Of a stretch of 64,000 nt of DNA, positions 62,545-64,000 are shown piece after piece. Position numbers and translations under genes: made by a program. Location: positions 1 to 64,000 of the IMG/VR virus record IMGVR_UViG_3300045988_097954; one strand, 5' to 3'. The stretch comes from a virus. The notes beneath the pieces were generated by a model. It saw only the letters and a list, made by a program, of their open reading frames with translations, did no database searches and was not told the DNA's origin. How positions within the stretch are numbered: position 1 is the stretch's first letter; each line of letters begins with the position of its first letter.

Positions 62545-62720
62545 TGGTATATCTCCACGGATTTTTATATATGTATATATACGTATGGATGTCCACGGTA
62601 TTTTACATATGTATATACATATATCACACCGATATTTTTACATTAATATATACATATGTCTCTCCACCGATATATACATATATACTTACATATATTTTGA
62701 TATACATATGTATTATTTCA
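62545..62720. repeat. four degenerate tandem repeats of about 36 bp (CCACGG/CACCGA core plus T-tract plus ACATATGTATATAC)
   Basis: Cores at 62555, 62593, 62627 and 62664. An inverted copy (CACCGTGG) lies near 62496. Confidence 0.65.
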
Positions 62721-63028
62721 AGCCATTGTATATTGACCGCCAGCGTGTTCTCGTTGCGTTCTCAACTAGCCTGTAACCTACGAACAAATGTTCTGTTTAA
62801 TACATTGAAAAATCTCGATATTGTAAATCGAAAGTTTTCTATCTTTATTATACTAAAGTATTCAATCTAATCGAAAACTTTAGATATACCGTCATAGCTT
62901 TAGACTATGGCTAGCTATGCGTAAAAACTATTGTACAAACTTTGGTATTCATGATATAATGAGTGTAACGAAAGATGATAAATGTCTTTCGTGGGTCTTT
63001 TATAATTTTATACGGAGGGCGTTTTATA

Positions 63029-63294
63029 TGGAATATACATATAGAACAATTCAAGATTATTTTTATAAGAATAATCTACACGCTAGCGACACTATCTATA
63101 ATGACTTAGACAGTATAGCTTATGTCTTATGCGAAGTGCTAACGAGTCAAGAAAAAGCACGAGCAAGAAAAGCGGTTAAAAACGGCGGATTCTTTACATT
63201 TGGGTACAACGGTTTATACTGCTGTAATAGTCTTAAAAAATCAACTGTACAACGCTTTTTCAAAAAGAATTATAATCTTAGTTTAGAGGTGTAG
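63029..63294 (+). CDS. hypothetical early protein
   Basis: GGAGGG SD 8 nt before the ATG at 63029. The track's longer start lacks an SD. Confidence 0.6.
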
Positions 63295-63297
63295 AAA

Positions 63298-63477
63298 ATG
63301 AGTAAAAATAATCAAATTACAGACAGCCTAATTTATCTATTGGATACATGGTATGAAGAAGGTGAACTCACAGACTTCGACTATAAGAATTATACCACTA
63401 TAGCGGAAGGCGGAACGCTTAGACAGAAAAAGGCTTTATGGTATGACTTAACGGGCTCAGATTTTGAATTTGAATAA
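63298..63477 (+). CDS. small hypothetical early protein (59 aa)
   Basis: MSKNNQITDSL... with a GAGGTG SD. Below the ORF-track length cut-off. Confidence 0.55.
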   Translation: MSKNNQITDSLIYLLDTWYEEGELTDFDYKNYTTIAEGGTLRQKKALWYDLTGSDFEFE

Positions 63478-63486
63478 TTAGCAGTC

Positions 63487-63515
63487 GAGCGGTACTTATG
63501 TACCGCTCATTTTTT
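63487..63515 (+). terminator. intrinsic terminator
   Basis: 9-bp stem GAGCGGTAC/GTACCGCTC followed by ATTTTTT. Confidence 0.75.
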
Positions 63516-64000
63516 ATACCTAATTTTAGATCTAAATTGTAAAACCATAGTTATTGACAATAGTTCTCAATAAAAAGTTTCTATATTTGCGTTATACGCT
63601 CGTTTTCACATGTTCCCCTAGGGTTTATACACAATAGGGGCAAGCGTCCATACAAGCGAAAATGCGCAATTATAAGACATGCGGTTATTTGTGATTGAAA
63701 ACGCTAATATATCCATGTAGACATATACATATGTTTTGTATGCATGGAATAGACATGCATATATACCGCTGGGTATTTGAGAATTATTTTCATTTGTTCA
63801 AAATATGGTCTCCGCTGGCGGAGGTTATACAATTTAGTTGTATACAATAGATATACACCTAAGATATATGTTAATGTGTTCATATGTTAATCATGATAAA
63901 AAACTCATGATTGAATACATGATGATATATTCATATGTATAAAACACTTGATATAATTCTATTGCGTGCCATATAGTTGTGTTGCCCAAACCTGCTGAAG

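Noticed and set aside
62545-62720. Possible CRISPR array, because of regularly spaced ~36-bp repeats.
   Set aside because: The repeat units are degenerate, and the 'spacers' are themselves the same AT-rich ACATATGTATATAC sequence. There are no cas genes or leader. An iteron array is the better description.
62218-62870. Track ORFs 62218-62412, 62328-62537, 62461-62646, 62534-62776 and 62544-62870.
   Set aside because: They overlap one another in different frames and translate the AT-rich tandem repeats into YIYIYI-type strings. They lack RBSs and are artefacts of repeat DNA.
1-64000. Direct terminal repeat or circular overlap between the two ends of the window.
   Set aside because: Only short, diverged blocks are shared (for example a 19/20 match at 2064-2083 against 63649-63668). 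The coding sequences at the two ends differ. The window cannot be shown to be a closed or terminally redundant genome.
1-64000. Diversity-generating retroelement, retron, or toxin-antitoxin and other defence cassettes.
   Set aside because: No reverse-transcriptase-like ORF was seen, and there is no template/variable repeat pair near the fibre genes. No recognisable toxin domains were seen by eye.

Overview
This window is most or all of a tailed dsDNA phage genome. It is AT-rich, uses strong AGGAG-type ribosome-binding sites, and has a siphovirus/lambda-HK97-style morphogenesis module. All calls come from reading the sequence and ORF track by eye; no searches or folding programs were run.

Layout:
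- 1-4.7 kb: small early-gene cassettes, including an ArdA-like ORF open to the window edge. Each cassette has a sigma70-like promoter and a hairpin terminator. They are followed by about 2 kb of ORF-free, repeat-rich DNA.
- 4.7-5.6 kb: the only minus-strand cassette in the structural arm. It holds a 176-aa catalytic-domain-only tyrosine recombinase and a small membrane protein.
- 5.6-29.4 kb: TerS, TerL, portal, protease/scaffold, major capsid, connectors, tail tube, G/GT frameshift chaperone, a 1647-aa tape measure with a lysozyme-like domain, NlpC/P60, hub, a J-like 1238-aa protein, an LRR fibre, and the holin/amidase lysis cassette.
- 29.5-34.3 kb (minus strand): a DnaE-type polymerase gene interrupted by a group I intron carrying an HNH homing endonuclease and by an HNH-containing intein.
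- 34.4-45.3 kb: SSB, primase, a short C5-MTase-like protein, an unusual tandem paralog cluster, and a DnaB-like helicase.
- 45.3-47.2 kb: a promoter-to-terminator RNA operon with six canonical tRNAs plus several tRNA-shaped elements that lack a normal anticodon arm.
- 47.2-61.9 kb: Cas4-like nuclease, dNMP kinase, RusA, 3D-domain protein, dUTPase, sigma-like regulator, phosphoesterase, ThyX and many small ORFs.
- 61.9-64 kb: more ORF-free regulatory DNA with tandem iterons and a candidate sRNA.

Most unusual items:
- the anticodon-less tRNA-like RNAs;
- the triplicated FETNSSSxHS gene family fused or adjacent to DUF2829 (Tad2-like) modules;
- an orphan copy of a 35-bp late-promoter motif driving an ORF-free transcript next to the small recombinase.
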